Shown here one piece after another: positions 10,260 to 20,277 of a DNA stretch of 64,000 bases. Made by a program: the position numbers and the translations under genes. Under the pieces are notes generated by a model. That model searched no databases, was not told the origin of the DNA, and worked only from the letters and a program-made list of their open reading frames with translations. This stretch comes from Candidatus Latescibacterota bacterium. Lineage in GTDB: Bacteria > Latescibacterota > UBA2968 > SICM01. The stretch is taken from contig CBDCJO010000002.1 of NCBI GenBank assembly GCA_965217865.1, forward strand, positions 5,709,439 through 5,773,438, written 5' to 3'. Each line of letters begins with the position of its first letter. The stretch's first letter is position 1.

Positions 10260-11417
10260 ATGGAAATCAATGAACAATATCTCCTTGAAACTCTAAGGAG
10301 GATGATCGGTATTGATTCTGTGGTACCGAACGAAGAGTGTCTCTCACAGTTCATTACTGATGAGCTTGAAAGGATGGGAGTCGAAGTAGAATGGGACGAG
10401 ATTGCTCCCGGTAGACCTAATGTCTATGCCACTGCAGATCTGGGCCCATCTGAGAGATATCTTGTTTTCTCAGGTCACTCGGACACGGTCGGGGTGGCCT
10501 CCGGCTGGGAGACGGACCCCTTCACAATGACGGAGAAGGGCGACCGTCTTTACGGTTTAGGCATCTATAACATGAAGGGAGGACTGGCCTGTTCCCTTGC
10601 GGCCTTTAAAGCATTGATCGAAGCCGAGGAGTGGCGCGGAAAGCTCGGTCGTCTGGGATTTGCCGCGACGGTGGACCAGGAGGGACACAGCATTGGAGCC
10701 AGGGCCCTATTGAAAACCCAGCACGGCAGATGTGACGCAATGCTGCACGCCGAGCATTTCTACGGCGATTCCCAAGAGGACTACCTGCCTATCGCAGCAA
10801 CAGGAAAGGTCCTATACAGACTGGTGGTGAAAGGCCGAGCGGCTCACGCCTTCAGACCCCATCTCGGTGGGATAAATGCAGTAGAGGATGCTTCTCGAAT
10901 CGTGTCTGCATTAAACGGGCTCCGACTTCGAGACCATCCGCTGTTCGGGAAGGGAACTGTTTGCGTGCTGAAAATCGAGGGAGGATACAAGGAATATTCC
11001 ATTGTCGTTCCCGAGGAATGTGAGGTTGTAATCACCCGCTTAACCGTACCAGGAGAAACGAGAGAGGTTGCCGTAGAAGATATGCGAGAGCTCATTAGTT
11101 CTCTGCACCTTGACTCTGAAGTAGACATCGAGACTCCACCACCCAGCTACGATCCTTACTTTCTCGAAGAGGATGCAGGGATCTTAAAGCCATTCAGGAA
11201 GGCCTACCGGATGGAGGTTGGTAAGGAGCCTTACTTTGCCGGTCATCGAGGCATCGTAGATGCCAACGTTTTTGTCAGCGAAGGGAATATTCCCACTGTC
11301 GTGTTTGGGCCCAAGGGTGGAAATCATCACTGTCCCGGCGAATATGTGGAGAAATCGACCCTGGTTCCAGTTGCGAGGGTGTTCGCTAAAACTGCTTGTG
11401 AATTTCTCTGTCAGTAG
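10260..11417 (+). CDS. M20 family metallopeptidase/deacylase (ArgE/DapE-like)
   Basis: GRPN, GHSDTV, GIYNMKGG, DQE, GRAAHA and HCPGEY motifs. Confidence 0.9.
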   Translation: MEINEQYLLETLRRMIGIDSVVPNEECLSQFITDELERMGVEVEWDEIAPGRPNVYATADLGPSERYLVFSGHSDTVGVASGWETDPFTMTEKGDRLYGLGIYNMKGGLACSLAAFKALIEAEEWRGKLGRLGFAATVDQEGHSIGARALLKTQHGRCDAMLHAEHFYGDSQEDYLPIAATGKVLYRLVVKGRAAHAFRPHLGGINAVEDASRIVSALNGLRLRDHPLFGKGTVCVLKIEGGYKEYSIVVPEECEVVITRLTVPGETREVAVEDMRELISSLHLDSEVDIETPPPSYDPYFLEEDAGILKPFRKAYRMEVGKEPYFAGHRGIVDANVFVSEGNIPTVVFGPKGGNHHCPGEYVEKSTLVPVARVFAKTACEFLCQ

Positions 11418-11480
11418 ATCCGTTTCTAATTGTCACTTGTGAAAAACCGGCGAAAATCAGTGGATTGTTTCGAAAGCCAC

Positions 11481-11762
11481 GTCCTGAGCCCTTCGACAAG
11501 CTCAGGATAAACTCCGTCTAAGGAGGCACTAAATTCTGTTTGACACCTAGTGCCCGGCTTAGGCGCGCCCAGTCTCCACGGCGTTTGAGCGTCCTTCGAC
11601 TGCGTCCCCCAAACACCGGGGGACTCCGCTCAGGATGTAGTCAAAAAGAACACTCAAAATCAGAACTATGACGAATACCCGCGATCAAGATAACATCCTG
11701 AGCCCTTCGACAAACTCAGGATAAACTCCGCGGAGCGCCAGCGTCGCCTAGTCGAAGGGTGA
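11481..11762. repeat. Cluster of REP-like palindromes (CCTGAGC..CTTCGAC..GCTCAGGAT type)
   Basis: Two near-identical units CCTGAGCCCTTCGACAA(G/A)CTCAGGATAAACTCCG plus a related unit at ~11591-11638. Confidence 0.7.
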
Positions 11763-11878
11763 CTTGCGATTTCGGACATTCATCTCAGGCCAGCGGTATT
11801 GTTAAATGTAAGACTAATTTTCATATACTAGGAAAACTCAATGACACAGAACTATTGACCACAAAAAGGAGCTACCAA

Positions 11879-12592
11879 GTGAGTCTCGCGGGCCTTCCTG
11901 TTGGAGAACCTGTGGATGAAGGCAGTATGCAGGATGTCCCTAGGAAAGGGGAATATGGGGGACAGTTTGTTTCTCTGTCGCCAATAAATCCCGATTTTGA
12001 TGTTCAGGAGCTTTACAACTGCTCGCACGGAACCGAGGAGAAAGAGTTGGTTTGGACCTATATGGGATATGGGCCATTCAAAAACGAGAATTCAATGTGC
12101 GTGTGGCTTCAGGAAAATGCAGAATCTTCGGATCCCATCTTCTTCACAGTTCATCAGAAGCCTTCAGGTCGGCGAGTGGGGATGGTCAGCTTTCTCAACC
12201 TCGCACCGGACGTGCGGAGACTTGAGATAGGTCATATCTGGTATGGGCCGGAAGTTCAAAGAACGAACGTGAATACGGAAGCCGTTTACCTGATGCTCAA
12301 TGAGGCATTCGATCGACTCCGATATCGTCGAGTAGAGTGGAAATGTGATTCATTAAATGAACGATCCCGCTCTGCCGCGAATCGACTAGGGTTCAAGTTC
12401 GAAGGAATTTTCAGATATCATCTTATTGTCAAAGGACGGAATAGAGATACGGCTTGGTATTCAATGTTGAACTCTGAATGGCCCCCAATCAAAAAGAATC
12501 TGGAGACCTGGCTATACAATAATAGTGATGACAAAAGCGTTTCACTGCGCAAGCTGACCGCCGAGGCAAATCAAAAGACACCTGACTCATGA
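11879..12592 (+). CDS. GNAT family acetyltransferase (RimJ/RimL-like)
   Basis: EIGHIWY, YRRVEWKCDSLN and KGRNRDTAWYS; AAGGAG RBS before the GTG. Confidence 0.9.
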   Translation: MSLAGLPVGEPVDEGSMQDVPRKGEYGGQFVSLSPINPDFDVQELYNCSHGTEEKELVWTYMGYGPFKNENSMCVWLQENAESSDPIFFTVHQKPSGRRVGMVSFLNLAPDVRRLEIGHIWYGPEVQRTNVNTEAVYLMLNEAFDRLRYRRVEWKCDSLNERSRSAANRLGFKFEGIFRYHLIVKGRNRDTAWYSMLNSEWPPIKKNLETWLYNNSDDKSVSLRKLTAEANQKTPDS

Positions 12593-12740
12593 TATTGCTG
12601 CCTGCGATCAAGATTTGATTCTCTTGTGGGGATGTTTTCGATGTTAACTGCAGAGTGTGTTTTTTTATCACGGTACACAAGGCACAACACCGAGTTCCCG
12701 CCTCCGAACCCAGGAGACGGCGTGTCCTCTTCACTGCAGG

Positions 12741-12872
12741 GTGAATGTGAATAGGCCCCCCACACAGCGAATGCTTGAGTTCGGCCTCTACGTTGAGGAT
12801 GTCGCGCGGGCGGCTGACTTCTACGCCCGTGTCCTGGGGTTTCGAACCCTGAGTTTGAACGAACGGATTGGC
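12741..12872 (+). pseudogene. VOC/glyoxalase N-terminal fragment truncated by IS1595 remnant
   Basis: LEFGLYVEDVARAADFYARVLGF, then an abrupt junction. Confidence 0.65.
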
Positions 12873-13244
12873 GTGCGAAACGTGGTATAAATCCGCTGAG
12901 CCGTTTTCAGCGATACGGACAGGTAGTGCCTGGATCGGTAAGAGGGCACTCCCAATACAAACAGATAAAGTAAATGGGCAAGCTCGTCAAATGAAATTCG
13001 AAGCCTTTCAAGATAAGTGCCCGTGAAATCTTTAAACCGATATCCACACCGTGAACACCTGAACCGATCGTCTTTTAATAAGGGCAACCTGCGCTGATAA
13101 TCGCAGCTTGGACATCGCCTTTTTCCACCCCAACGGGCTGCACGAAAATAGGCCCTACTTATCTTGCAGTCATTTGCTAACTTAAGTGGATTAATTACCA
13201 GCATATTATTAATATACGCTGGTGCCAATATCTACTCAATCACC
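12872..13244 (-). mobile_element. IS1595-family fragment (zinc ribbon/HTH only, no DDE domain)
   Basis: RW..CPSC...FRCSRC..FKDFTGT motif; putative end GGTGATTGAGTAGATA at 13244-13229. Confidence 0.7.
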
Positions 13245-13757
13245 TTATCTTTTAGCAATGCACGGCCACTTCTGCAACCCAAAACGTTATCTGCAACCTG
13301 AACCCGCTTTATTAGGAGGATTCTGGTCTGGGGCTGAACTTCGAAGAACCGACAGAGGACGTAATTGTAGCTCTAGAGCAATCGATTCCTCTTGTCATGG
13401 AACATGAGGGATACGCCTCTCTGTTGGCAGAACAGCCCGAACTGGCAGAGAAGGCCCCTTTAACCCAACCGACAAAATCCTGTATCGGCCTATCAGTTGC
13501 CTTGATTAGAGACTCTGAATGTGTCTGGGCAAAGGGGTTCGGTTTGCGCAGTTCCGAAACTCGGGAGCCAGTCACGTCTGACACAGTGTTCTCATCTTGG
13601 TCATGTGTCAAGCCTGTCTCAGCCTATGCCGCTCTAAGACTGTATGAGCTTGGGGCCCTCGATCTCGACCGCCCCATCTGCGAGCTAGTTTCCGATCCAT
13701 TCATCCCAAATGAGTCGCGAGTGGAGAAGGTAACTGCTCGCATGGTGCTCTCTCACA

Positions 13758-14846
13758 CTAGTGTCGTGTCCCGCCAATAAGTTCAAATAGTCGCTTAATC
13801 TTTTCGAGGATGGATTCTGCGGTGGCAGTCCACACAAAGGGTTTTGAATTTGAGTTGTAGTGATCGGCGAATTTCTTGATGTTATTGACCAGATCTTTCA
13901 CGCTACGAAAGGAACCCCGGCGGATTGCCTTTTGTGTAATGATGTTGAACCAGATCTCGACTTGGTTTAGCCAGGACGCGTAAGTGGGTGTATAGTGGAC
14001 CTGATATCTTGGCCGGGCTGCAAGCCATTGTTTGGTTTTAGGGTGCTTGTGCGTGCCATAGTTGTCCAAGACCAGGTGAATATCGAGATCCTCCGGGACG
14101 TTTGCCTCGATGTGCTTTAGGAATTGAAGGAATTCCTGATGACGGTGTCTCGGTTTACATTGTGTTAACACTTTTCCCGAGGCGATCTCTAGAGCAGCAA
14201 ACAGCGTCGTTGTCCCGTGTCTGATGTAGTTGTGAGTTACGCCTTCGACGTAACCCAAACCCAGTGGCAGAATCGGTTGCGTTCGATCTAATGCTTGGAC
14301 CTGGCTTTTCTCGTCCACACAGAGCACCATAGCATTGTCTGGCGGGTTGAGGTAGAGCCCGACAACGTCCCTGACCTTCTCTACAAAGAAGGGATCGTTT
14401 GAGAGTCTGAAGTGTTTCTGTCGATGAGGTTGAAGTCCGAAGGCTTTCCAGACTCGCTGAACGGTGGACTTGGAGAGCCCAGTCTCAGCTCCGATGGACC
14501 GACAGGTCCAGTGAGTTGCATGCCTTGGCTTTGTCTTCAAGGTTTTGCCAATGAGCCTGGCAATCTTCTGGTCGGAGATTGAACGTGGACCTCCAGGACG
14601 CATCTCGTCGTAAAGCCCCATCAGCCCTTGAGCACAATAACGATTACGCCATTTCCCAATCGTGGCATAGGACAGTCCCAGCTTCTGGCCTATCTGTAGA
14701 TTCGTGAGTCCGATATCACTCATCAGTATGATCTTCGCACGGCGCACCAAAGAATGCGGTAAGATCCGCGAACCAGATATCGCCTTCAATTCACTTCGGA
14801 CTTCATCACTAAGGTTCAATGGCTGCAATGGACGTCCCATTTTCAT
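13758..14846 (-). CDS. IS630 family transposase
   Basis: VDEK, LDNYGTH and SWLNQVEIWF motifs. Confidence 0.95.
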   Translation of the reverse strand: MKMGRPLQPLNLSDEVRSELKAISGSRILPHSLVRRAKIILMSDIGLTNLQIGQKLGLSYATIGKWRNRYCAQGLMGLYDEMRPGGPRSISDQKIARLIGKTLKTKPRHATHWTCRSIGAETGLSKSTVQRVWKAFGLQPHRQKHFRLSNDPFFVEKVRDVVGLYLNPPDNAMVLCVDEKSQVQALDRTQPILPLGLGYVEGVTHNYIRHGTTTLFAALEIASGKVLTQCKPRHRHQEFLQFLKHIEANVPEDLDIHLVLDNYGTHKHPKTKQWLAARPRYQVHYTPTYASWLNQVEIWFNIITQKAIRRGSFRSVKDLVNNIKKFADHYNSNSKPFVWTATAESILEKIKRLFELIGGTRH

Positions 14847-14925
14847 CGGTTCCTCCTTGGATAAGGGTATAAGGAACCATAAGACGAATCCATTACTTTG
14901 TCAAGTTATTTCTGGGACATAACAC
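13761..14925 (-). mobile_element. IS630-family insertion sequence
   Basis: TA duplicated on both sides; inverted repeats GTGTCGTGTCCC..AATAA / TTATTTCTGGGACATAACAC. Confidence 0.92.
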
Positions 14926-15596
14926 TAGTGGACTCTCACATAATGAACCAGAGAGACAGTTTTTCCACGAGCCTGGAGAGAAGTTTCGATATTCCAATCA
15001 AGGATTTGCTTACCTTCAACTCGCAATGGAGCAGTTGACTGGCGTATCGTTTACACAGCACCTTCAGGAGAGTGTCCTCCAGCCTTTGGGCATGACCGGT
15101 AGCAGCCTCGACTGGTGCGATCAATACCAATCCAAGGTCAGCTGATCTACACAACGGTGATGGAACAGTCCACGACCCAGGCTACAGCTTCTACAAGAGC
15201 CATCACAATCAGGCATTTCACGGCTTGCTTACGACACCGTCAGCGTATGCTCAGTTTGTCTGTCAGATTCTGCAACCTTCGGTCACTCCAGGAGCGGCTG
15301 GTGCTTCCCAGATGCTGAGACCAATGACAGCAATCAGTGACACACTCTCCTGGGGACTTGGATGGGGCATTGAGCACTCGATGGATGGCGACCTATTCTG
15401 GCACCACGGTGGATTTGGTCACAATCTGATTATGGCGTCAAAGGCTCACAAGATTGGCATAGTCATTTTCACAAACTGCGCCGGCGGACTCAGCTTTGAG
15501 AGGATCGTTGAAGCTGCACTTGGAGGCAGTCATCCGATCCTGCCTTGGCGAGGGCCTTGGTATACGCCTTTCTGATTCTTAGCATCGTTCAGGCAG

Positions 15597-15777
15597 CAGA
15601 TAACACGAGCGCCCCCGGCTCCGGCTCCTTCGCGCCTTCGCCCAAACCACCATCCTCCTTCGCTGCTGCCCACCTACGCTGCCACCTTCGCTGACGCTTC
15701 GGTGGCCAAGGAAGCTATGGTGGGCAAGGCGCAGCTTTGGAGGACAAAAGGTGGTTCGCACACGCCAGACGTTAAAT
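15597..15777 (+). repeat. attC-like site containing nested REP-like palindromes
   Basis: CAGATAAC ... ACGTTAAAT boundaries just after a stop codon; three nested hairpins inside. Confidence 0.45.
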
Positions 15778-15801
15778 TCAAGCAGCGCAAGAGGAACACC
15801 T

Positions 15802-16602
15802 ATGATCTCAGGTGACTCTTCAGTTAGAGCAACCAAGGCTTTCTGTGTCGGACAGGCGAAGTCCGGAACAGTATCTCTGTGTGGTCTGCTAGCAACACAT
15901 CACCGCGCTGCCCACGAACCCGAGCGAGAGCAAACCCTTGATATGATTCTGCGAGAATCGCGTGGTGAAGTTGACGCGAATGCCTTCCGGGCCTATCTCA
16001 TAGAACGAGACCAGCGATTAAATCTTGACTATGATATCTCATGGGCTAATCAATTCATCCTCAGCTATCTGCTGGGGGTCTTTCCTAATGCCAAGTTCAT
16101 CGTTCTCATTCGAGATGCATACACCTGGGTCCAATCAACCGTCGGGCACATGCTCAGCCGCGAGATCCCACTCGATGTGCGTTCGTTTCTAGATTGGTGG
16201 TTTAAACCCGACCGCTATCCTCACTCGGGCCACGATCGCGTACTAGAAAAGCACAACCTCTATTCAACTGCGGCCTTCTTGAACGCTTGGAACCAACATG
16301 TGAATGTCTGTACCAAGGTTATCCCTATAGAGAGGCGTCTTATTCTGAGAACCCATGAATTGAATCGGTCTCATCGGTGCCTCGCCGAATTCCTACAGAT
16401 TACTATAGATTCTCTTGCTGCTGGTGATGTACACCTTAACCGGAGTACCTGGTCGGGTAAGATCGATTCTTTGGTGAAGCGATCCTACTTGAATGAGATG
16501 GTTGCAACGATATGTGGTGAGAATATGGCCCGATATTTCCCGGAAGTCACTCAAATGGAACAGGTCTACACATTGTGGGAGCCTGGCACCCCGAAAGGTT
16601 GA
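15802..16602 (+). CDS. Sulfotransferase family protein
   Basis: 5'-PSB loop GQAKSGTVS; FPNAKFIVLIRD...S motif. Confidence 0.78.
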   Translation: MISGDSSVRATKAFCVGQAKSGTVSLCGLLATHHRAAHEPEREQTLDMILRESRGEVDANAFRAYLIERDQRLNLDYDISWANQFILSYLLGVFPNAKFIVLIRDAYTWVQSTVGHMLSREIPLDVRSFLDWWFKPDRYPHSGHDRVLEKHNLYSTAAFLNAWNQHVNVCTKVIPIERRLILRTHELNRSHRCLAEFLQITIDSLAAGDVHLNRSTWSGKIDSLVKRSYLNEMVATICGENMARYFPEVTQMEQVYTLWEPGTPKG

Positions 16603-16818
16603 AAAAACGCCGATCTAACAAGGTCGGCTTGAGTGAGGGATTAAAATAGAAAAATGATTGTCTATGTCGTGCGCTCTATCTCTGCCCCTTTATAGCTTCA
16701 CTCTATTTGGGGCGCGCTGCCAGCATTTAACACGAAAGCGGCGCAAGATTACCCAACCACCTTGCCCCGAAAAGTCGCCCACAAAAACCCCATCACAAGT
16801 TAGGCGTGAAGGTATTCA

Positions 16819-17202
16819 ATGTCTGGACTATTCCGAAAAATTGATTGTCACAGTTTACCAGTAGCAAATCTCGATTCTGCTATTGAGTTCTATCAAGAAA
16901 AACTCGGACATGAGCTAATCTGGCGCAGTGGAGAAGCAGCCGGACTCCGTTTCCCACAATCGGACGCGGAGCTTGTTCTTCATACCGATGCTCGACCGAT
17001 AGAAACAGATCTCTTTGTTGATTCAGTTACCGATGCTATTCAGCAATTCAAGACAGCTGGTGGGACAGTAGTCTCTGGTCCGTTTGACATTGCTATTGGC
17101 AAGTGTGCGGTTCTACGAGATCCGTGGGGAAATGATATCATTATCCTCGATACGTCTAAAGGATTACTGCAGGTTGATCCACATAAGAACGTTATCAAAT
17201 AG
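16819..17202 (+). CDS. VOC/glyoxalase/bleomycin resistance family protein
   Basis: FYQEKLG, GPFDIAIG and RDPWGN motifs. Confidence 0.9.
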   Translation: MSGLFRKIDCHSLPVANLDSAIEFYQEKLGHELIWRSGEAAGLRFPQSDAELVLHTDARPIETDLFVDSVTDAIQQFKTAGGTVVSGPFDIAIGKCAVLRDPWGNDIIILDTSKGLLQVDPHKNVIK

Positions 17203-17552
17203 TAAATTTTTTAACCTGCTGCTGGTAATGACGGCGGGTTTGAGTTAGTCGGACGATTCTATGGTGTGCGCTGTATTTCCGCCCTTTTAAGGCCTCCGCT
17301 TGATGGGGCGCGCCGCCATCGGTTAACATGTGGCTCCCGGCTCACTACGTTCGGCCAAAAAGGCCGTGACTGAATCGTTGACAGATTGTAAAAGCGCAAA
17401 TCTCTTTCCCTATGCACGGCCCTTTCCACGAAAGCGGAGCAAGAACCCAACCACTCCACACCGAAAAGTCGCGCACAAAAACCAAAACCGCCTCATCTAC
17501 GACGGATGGCTGTATATCAAGGTTTAGGGTGCAGCATCAGGTGAAACTTTGC

Positions 17553-18299
17553 ATGAAACCTTTATTTGCTACTTCGATTGCTGACAGTCAAGGTGATCTG
17601 ATCAATAAACTGGAAAAGCTACTTCCCCTTGTGTTGGATCGGTTTGAGGGCATCGCGGTCCTGGCTACAACGAATACCGATGATCGAATTTTGAAAGTCT
17701 TGCATGATGCCCAGGCGTTTATAGATCGGGCTGAGTCAGATATTGACTCTATCGGGTTGCATCGGCGGCAATCAGTCAAATTGGCCATGGAGAATAGTAG
17801 AAATGGTCACATCCTATATGCAGACGCAGATCATATATTGCGTTGGGTAGAACAGGACCCAAGAGAGCTTGACCTGGTTTTAGCGAGGATAAAAGGTTCC
17901 GATTGTACCGTCGTTGGACGAGGTCCCAAATCCTTTGAGGCTCTTCCGAAGAGACTCAAGGAAACAGAGAAAATTGTAAATCATATTTTTTCTCTGATTA
18001 CAGGACAAAGGTGGGACCTCATGATGGCTGTTCGCGGCCTTTCAAGAGTTGCAGCAGAATTGATAGTAAACGAAAGCGAGGTCAACACAATTGGAAACGA
18101 CGTTGACTGGCCATTATTATGTAAAAAGAACGGCCTTATTCTTGATTACATAGAAGCTGAAGGGCTTACGTACAAGACGGAATTTGACTACGCGAATGAT
18201 CTCGACGACAGTCAAGATCAGATTCCCGAGGCATGGGCTTTGAGAGTGAAGCTTGCTTATCAGCACGTAGTTGCTATGGGACCATACATAGATAAATGA
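17553..18299 (+). CDS. Hypothetical protein, possibly GT-A glycosyltransferase-like
   Basis: ILYADAD (DxD-like) and VVGRG; long open frame. Confidence 0.55.
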   Translation: MKPLFATSIADSQGDLINKLEKLLPLVLDRFEGIAVLATTNTDDRILKVLHDAQAFIDRAESDIDSIGLHRRQSVKLAMENSRNGHILYADADHILRWVEQDPRELDLVLARIKGSDCTVVGRGPKSFEALPKRLKETEKIVNHIFSLITGQRWDLMMAVRGLSRVAAELIVNESEVNTIGNDVDWPLLCKKNGLILDYIEAEGLTYKTEFDYANDLDDSQDQIPEAWALRVKLAYQHVVAMGPYIDK

Positions 18300-18369
18300 A
18301 GAAACAAACCATTGTGTTGTGCACTTTATGTTGGCCCTGTTGAGGGCCGTGAAGGGGGCCGCGCCAACT

Positions 18370-18456
18370 TCAGGTAACACAGCACTCCCGAGCTTCTGCC
18401 CATACGGGCCTTCGCAGAACCCCAGTGGGGTCGGGAGTGCTGGAAACGTTATCTGA
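18370..18456 (+). repeat. attC-like recombination hairpin
   Basis: TCAGGTAAC...GTTATCTGA ends; perfect 12-bp arms CAGCACTCCCGA/TCGGGAGTGCTG. Confidence 0.65.
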
Positions 18457-18547
18457 CATGAGATATGATAAACATTCTCGGATGTAGATGTTGCTGATCG
18501 CGGCTAATCGAACTTACAGTCCGCTTTCTATCAGAAAAAGTAACCAG

Positions 18548-19636
18548 ATGACAAACCAGTGGACACATATTGCAGACCGCATCGTTCAGGGTCTTGCCGT
18601 CCAAGCGGGCGAGTTGATCCAAGTGCGAGATGGAGCAGGACGCTATGATGTGCTAAAGGAAATATTGCTGGGTATAGAGAGAGCCGGAGCGACTCCCTTA
18701 GTTCAGATTATGACAGAAGATTATTTGCATCGACTTTGGAAGGATGCACCGCAGGAGTATCTATCAAATTGGGATCAGCATCGACTGTCATGGGCCCAGC
18801 AAAGTCAGCGCCGGATTAGATTAGTAGGAGCTGAGGGAGATGGAATTGATACCATTCCTGATGCAGCGTTGGCCGCAGGGATGGCGGCCTGGTCTAAAGC
18901 GGCACAACGCTTGGCCGGACTTGAAGACGAGCAGATATCTCCGTTCATGCTAATCGCCGTTCCGACAGAGGAAGGTGCAAAAAAGTTGGGTGTATCATTT
19001 GAATCGTTGGAAGATATGGTCTTACCAGCCTTAGGTGCCGATCTGCTTGAAATCAAACAGGCTCTTGATCCAGTATTGGCGTCCCTGCAAGGGAAACAAA
19101 GACTTATAATTCAAAGCGATCATGGGCACAGTCTGAGTCTCCAGCGAGGTGATCGAATGTGGTTGAGTGATGACAGTTACATTGATGTGGAAGACCTGGA
19201 TCGTGGCGCCGTTGTATCGAATTTACCCACGGGTGCTGTCTATACAACCGTATTGGAAACCTACACTCAGGGTAGTCTATGCCTACCTCGAGCAGGTCCG
19301 GCTAGCAATGTTGTATTTCATTTTGACAAAGGTCGTATTGCAGAGATTGAGGCGTCTCGGGGGGCTGATGTGCTTTGTGCCTGGTTGGATAGTCATTCCG
19401 GTGAGCCTCGCCGAGTTGGGCATATTGGTATTGGGCTCAATCCATACTTGCACCAATCAGTAGGATGGGCGTTGGTCGACCACATTGCTCAGGGTAATCT
19501 ATGGATTTCGTTGGGTGAGAATCGATATATGGGGGGCCAAAATTCTTCATCACTCAACGTGGACTACATAATATCACATGCAACGCTACTCGCGGACGAT
19601 CAGGTGGTCGTTTCCAAAGGAAAAATTGTCATTTGA
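18548..19636 (+). CDS. Aminopeptidase, M29 (AmpS/AmpT-like), divergent
   Basis: NLPTG.VYT, GHIGIGLNP, ISLGEN..MGG.NSS..NVD; several expected metal ligands appear substituted. Confidence 0.75.
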   Translation: MTNQWTHIADRIVQGLAVQAGELIQVRDGAGRYDVLKEILLGIERAGATPLVQIMTEDYLHRLWKDAPQEYLSNWDQHRLSWAQQSQRRIRLVGAEGDGIDTIPDAALAAGMAAWSKAAQRLAGLEDEQISPFMLIAVPTEEGAKKLGVSFESLEDMVLPALGADLLEIKQALDPVLASLQGKQRLIIQSDHGHSLSLQRGDRMWLSDDSYIDVEDLDRGAVVSNLPTGAVYTTVLETYTQGSLCLPRAGPASNVVFHFDKGRIAEIEASRGADVLCAWLDSHSGEPRRVGHIGIGLNPYLHQSVGWALVDHIAQGNLWISLGENRYMGGQNSSSLNVDYIISHATLLADDQVVVSKGKIVI

Positions 19637-19706
19637 CAATTCGGGTTACACTTTGGCCAATATGCTGTCCACTTAAGCGCGTGGACGAAACCCTTGGAGA
19701 GAAGTC

Positions 19707-20132
19707 ATGGTTCCGATGGATTTTGGATTTGTCCCTGACTCCGGCGGCGTCAAGATTGCAACCCCTGTGAAAGCCGATGTCGAACGTCGCATCCTGAAGG
19801 TGGCTCAAAAGCATTTTGAAGGGAAGTATGAACGTCTCGAGATTCGGTTTCGTTCACAGTTCTGCTACATAGATGTATTCTGTGAACCGAATCTGCCTAA
19901 AAATTGGCCACCGAAAAGCTGGAAGGTTAACCGACAAGAATACATCGAAAAGCTTAGGAAGACACCTATCCACCTATGCCGCCTCCGTTATTTCGGACAG
20001 GACCAGTGGGGTTTCGGATTCTTCAGCTACTCGAATGAAAAGTACCAGCCGTCTGTGTATCCGGACGGAAACTTCCTCGGGAAACCTGAAGATGCATTTG
20101 TGATAGCAGGTGAAGTTCATTTGTTAGGATAG
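19707..20132 (+). CDS. Conserved hypothetical protein
   Basis: RFRSQFCYID...HLCRLRYFG...YSNEKY motif; RBS present. Confidence 0.65.
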   Translation: MVPMDFGFVPDSGGVKIATPVKADVERRILKVAQKHFEGKYERLEIRFRSQFCYIDVFCEPNLPKNWPPKSWKVNRQEYIEKLRKTPIHLCRLRYFGQDQWGFGFFSYSNEKYQPSVYPDGNFLGKPEDAFVIAGEVHLLG

Positions 20133-20164
20133 ATCTCCGATACGGGTTCCCCTTTCCGGCGGAA

Positions 20165-20270
20165 TAGGCCTGCCCTGCAAACGCTCGCTTCGCTCCTTCC
20201 TCCTTCGCTCCTTCGGAGCTTCGGAAGGACAGGCCGGAGCTTCGGAGGACAGGTAAGGCTTCGTTCGCTT
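20165..20270. repeat. Nested REP-like palindrome (CCTCCTTCGC..GCTTCGGAGG type)
   Basis: Repeated CCTTCGCTCC / GGAGCTTCGGA(A)GGACAGG units. Confidence 0.55.
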
Positions 20271-20277
20271 TAAAGAG

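Larger units (their letters stand above)
13397..15575 (+). pseudogene. Serine hydrolase (beta-lactamase family) interrupted by IS630
   Basis: SCVK (SxxK) motif; LSHT|SG is split at the IS; FRYSN and WHHGG follow; additional stop/frameshift near 15145. Confidence 0.85.
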
